A stretch of DNA of 64,000 nucleotides, from NCBI GenBank assembly GCA_018400015.1, contig JAGYNB010000001.1, positions 328,321 to 392,320 of the forward strand, read 5' to 3'. The translations under genes were made by a program, and so were the position numbers. Position 1 is the first letter of the stretch, and the number at the start of each line of letters is the position of its first letter. This document shows positions 61,437-64,000 of this stretch, piece after piece. The notes beneath the pieces are model-generated. The model was given only the letters and a program-made list of their open reading frames with translations, had not been told where the DNA came from and made no database searches. The stretch comes from Candidatus Omnitrophota bacterium (GTDB taxonomy: Bacteria > Omnitrophota > Gorgyraeia > Gygaellales > Gygaellaceae).

Positions 61437-62390
61437 ATGGTGTTCTTGAATTTTATCAATGTTACTGGTTTTGCAGTTTCACAAATCTTCATTTTAGGCG
61501 TTATTGGTTTTTTTGTTATCAGGCTTAAATTGATAACGGAATCTGGTCTAAACGCTATAAGTACGCTTGTAATTAATGTTATTCTGCCGCTATATATTTT
61601 TACTCATTTAGTAGAAGGTTTTAGCGTTAAACAGATAACTTACTGGTGGTTTTATCCTGTAATCGCCTTACTTTTAAGCACTTTGGGCTTTATTGTAGGA
61701 TTTATAATTTCAAAGATATCCCAAAAACCCCAATTACAGCGCGAGGTCATAAGCCTGGTTACTTTTCAAAATGCCGGATATCTTCCTTTAGTGTTAGCGG
61801 GTTTGATTTTAACCGGTTCTCAACTTCGGGATATGATCGTAATTATAGCATTAAGTTTGATTGGGTTTAATCTTATCATTTGGTCAATAGGGGTTATTAT
61901 GTTAACTCACAGGAAGTTAGATTCATTTCAATGGCATCAGCTTTTCAGTGCTCCGGTTGTAGCGAGCCTTGTGGCTTTGGTTGTTGTATTATTAAAGTTT
62001 GATACTCTTATTCCGAATGTTATATTTAAGCCTTTAAAGATTTTGGGAGATTGCACTTTACCTTTGGCTATTTTGGTAGTGGGGGGCAACCTTGCCAGCA
62101 TGAAACTAAAACATGTTGATGTGGCGTCTTTGATGTATGCTGTAATTGCTAAGGTTATAATATTGCCTAGCCTAGCGCTAGTATTGATACTCAATGTGAA
62201 TATTCCATATCTAATGAAGATGCTTATTCTTATCCAGGCGTGTATGCCTTCTGCAGTGTCCTTGTCTGTTATTACCCGGCATTATAATCTTAAAGAGCAG
62301 ATAGTGAGCCAGGGGATATTCTTTTCACATTTGTTGAGCCTGGTTACTATTCCTGTATTTTTAAGTTTATTCTTAACTATAGTTGATTAG
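61437..62390 (+). CDS. AEC (auxin efflux carrier) family transporter
   Basis: About 10 TM segments, FQNAGYLPL, PLAILVVG, MPSA. Confidence 0.88.
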   Translation: MVFLNFINVTGFAVSQIFILGVIGFFVIRLKLITESGLNAISTLVINVILPLYIFTHLVEGFSVKQITYWWFYPVIALLLSTLGFIVGFIISKISQKPQLQREVISLVTFQNAGYLPLVLAGLILTGSQLRDMIVIIALSLIGFNLIIWSIGVIMLTHRKLDSFQWHQLFSAPVVASLVALVVVLLKFDTLIPNVIFKPLKILGDCTLPLAILVVGGNLASMKLKHVDVASLMYAVIAKVIILPSLALVLILNVNIPYLMKMLILIQACMPSAVSLSVITRHYNLKEQIVSQGIFFSHLLSLVTIPVFLSLFLTIVD

Positions 62391-62391
62391 T

Positions 62392-62841
62392 ATGAGCGTT
62401 GCCATAAAAAATCCCAATGCCTTAAGGGATTATAACATTATTGAGAGCGTTGAAGCAGGCTTAGAGCTAAAGGGGACAGAGGTTAAGTCATTACGCGATT
62501 CCCAGGTAAGTCTTAGAGAGAGTTTTGCGCGTATTGAAAATAACCAGGTATTTTTATATAATATGCATATTGCTCCGTATTTGCAGGGCAGTATATATAA
62601 CGTTGAGCCCAAAAGAAAAAGAAAGTTGCTTTTGCATAAAAAGCAGATCGGTAAGCTTACAGTAGAAACTTTCCAAAAAGGCTATACGTTAGTACCGATA
62701 AAGCTTTATTTTAAAGGAAGTTTTGCTAAAATAGAGCTTGGTTTGGGTACTGGTAAAAAGCATTTTGATAAGAGAAAATCAATTAAAGAAAAAGAACTTA
62801 ACCGCGCTCTAAAGCGCACTTTAAGGCAAAAGAATAGATAA
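62392..62841 (+). CDS. smpB: SsrA-binding protein
   Basis: EAGLELKGTEVKSLR, RKLLLHK, GKKHFDKR. Confidence 0.97.
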   Translation: MSVAIKNPNALRDYNIIESVEAGLELKGTEVKSLRDSQVSLRESFARIENNQVFLYNMHIAPYLQGSIYNVEPKRKRKLLLHKKQIGKLTVETFQKGYTLVPIKLYFKGSFAKIELGLGTGKKHFDKRKSIKEKELNRALKRTLRQKNR

Positions 62842-62843
62842 CG

Positions 62844-63244
62844 GGGGGTGAAAGGTATCGACTTGAAAAACTTATAATAGTGGCATGTCGCGGATGCAAG
62901 GTGGGCCGCGTTAACAATCCTTGTAAATTAAAAACGCCAACTCAAACAGAGCACAGTTGGCACCAAGATTCAACTTGGTACCAGCAGGCGTCCCAGCCTT
63001 CGGCCTCAATTAAGGCCGAAGCCTTTTATTCTTCTTTGCCTGAAGAAGAGTAAAAGCTAACAATCAGGCTGCGTCCAGTATGTTTTCCCATGTGCCGGAT
63101 TAAGGTTGTTAGGGAATAGCTTCTTTAGTATCCTGTTTTGGGGGAGATTTGAGGAAGCGAATAAACAAAACCCAAGACTACACATGTAGAGGCTATTATG
63201 TAGTTTTTTATAGGACCGGGGTTCGATTCCCCGCACCTCCACCA
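62844..63244 (+). ncRNA. ssrA: tmRNA (one-piece)
   Basis: 5' GGGGGTGAAAGGTATCGAC pairs with 3' GGTTCGATTCCCCGCACCTCCACCA (Ala-like acceptor stem with G-U); tag ORF at 62936-63013; directly follows smpB. Confidence 0.96.
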
Positions 63245-63245
63245 A

Positions 63246-64000
63246 ATGATGAATAAAAATATCAAACCTTTTATATCAGTGCTTATTTTATTATTACTTT
63301 GTGGTTGCGCAGGTTTGCCCAGGCTAAGGGATGTACCTTCGTTTAACATAAATAACAGAAATTACTATTCGCTTATTTCTTTATGTGAGGAATTGGAAGT
63401 TGATTTTGATTTTGATATTGCATCAGGTAAGGTTGTATTGGAAAAAGACGATAATGCAGTTACCCTGGCGATAAATTATAGTTGGATGATTGTTAATGAA
63501 AAAGATAGAAAGATAAGAAGTGCTCCTATCGTATCCGAGGGCGTGGTTTTAGTTACTTATGAAACCATGCGTATAATCGCCGATACGTTTTTAAAAAAAG
63601 ATGTTAGAAAAACAGCTAAAATGTTTTTACCAAAGAAAATCAAACGTATTGTAGTCGATGCCGGACATGGCGGAAAAGATCCCGGTGCAATCGGTGCATA
63701 TGGCGTGATGGAGAAGAATGTTAACTTGAAAATCGCAAATTATCTTTATAATAAACTTAGGTCCTTTGGTTATGAAGTATTAATGACTAGAAGAAGCGAT
63801 AGGTTTTTATCTTTGGCAGAAAGAGCGAATATTGCTAATAATTTTAATTCAGATTTATTTATAAGTATTCACGCCAACGCCAATCATTCAAAGCAGATGA
63901 ATGGTTTTGAGATTTATTACTGTGGTGACAGCTTAGAAGATAGTATTCGTTTTATCGTTGAGGAAGAAAACGGTTCTTTGGCTAATACAATAGATTATAG
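63246..64000 (+). CDS. N-acetylmuramoyl-L-alanine amidase (Amidase_3) lipoprotein, truncated by window end
   Basis: Absent from the ORF track; translated by hand: MMNKNIKPFISVLILLLLCGC lipobox, VVDAGHGGKDPGA, EKNVNL, LMTR, FISIHAN, GFEIY. Confidence 0.92.
   Translation, partial: MMNKNIKPFISVLILLLLCGCAGLPRLRDVPSFNINNRNYYSLISLCEELEVDFDFDIASGKVVLEKDDNAVTLAINYSWMIVNEKDRKIRSAPIVSEGVVLVTYETMRIIADTFLKKDVRKTAKMFLPKKIKRIVVDAGHGGKDPGAIGAYGVMEKNVNLKIANYLYNKLRSFGYEVLMTRRSDRFLSLAERANIANNFNSDLFISIHANANHSKQMNGFEIYYCGDSLEDSIRFIVEEENGSLANTIDY

Noticed and set aside
61261-61449. 62-aa ORF MVRKEGVEPS...
   Set aside because: Antisense translation of tRNA-Leu
61224-63300. tRNA-Leu and ssrA as possible integration sites
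   Set aside because: No integrase, duplicated 3' fragment or foreign-looking cargo next to either RNA gene in this window
63057-63349. Minus-strand ORFs (MVEVRGIEPRS..., MLNEG...)
   Set aside because: Antisense translations of the tmRNA 3' end and the amidase start

Overview
AT-rich, densely coded housekeeping region of a diderm (LPS-producing) bacterium, almost entirely on the + strand. Gene content and order suggest a PVC-superphylum or Candidatus Omnitrophota-like organism (inference only). It contains: NAD synthesis/salvage (nadE, pncA); lgt-def-trxB-trxA; an LPS inner-core/Kdo/Lpt cluster; tig-clpP; serine and purine genes; a membrane pyrophosphatase; lysS-lolE-lolD; a long Bacillus-like superoperon (mcsA-mcsB-clpC-[mlaEFD]-radA-PIN/TRAM-ispDF-cysES-tmk-holB-ricT-metG-tatD-mtnA-thiL-tsaEB-alr); comF-lptFG; a trehalose/MscS osmostress module; tRNA-Leu(CAG); smpB-tmRNA; and a cell-wall amidase cut by the window end. 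I saw no mobile element, CRISPR array or defence island. The most interesting observations are: (1) a Maf pyrophosphatase fused through an internal lipoprotein signal to an M48 protease; (2) a tmRNA with a long tag ending in -FGLN instead of -AA, in a window where clpP has no adjacent clpX but McsAB-ClpC is present; (3) an unannotated ~90-nt candidate sRNA with GGA and anti-SD motifs between nadE and pncA; (4) recurrent leaderless-type promoters; (5) a trigger factor lacking its PPIase domain; (6) an apparent LptC-LptA fusion and a membrane-anchored CysE.
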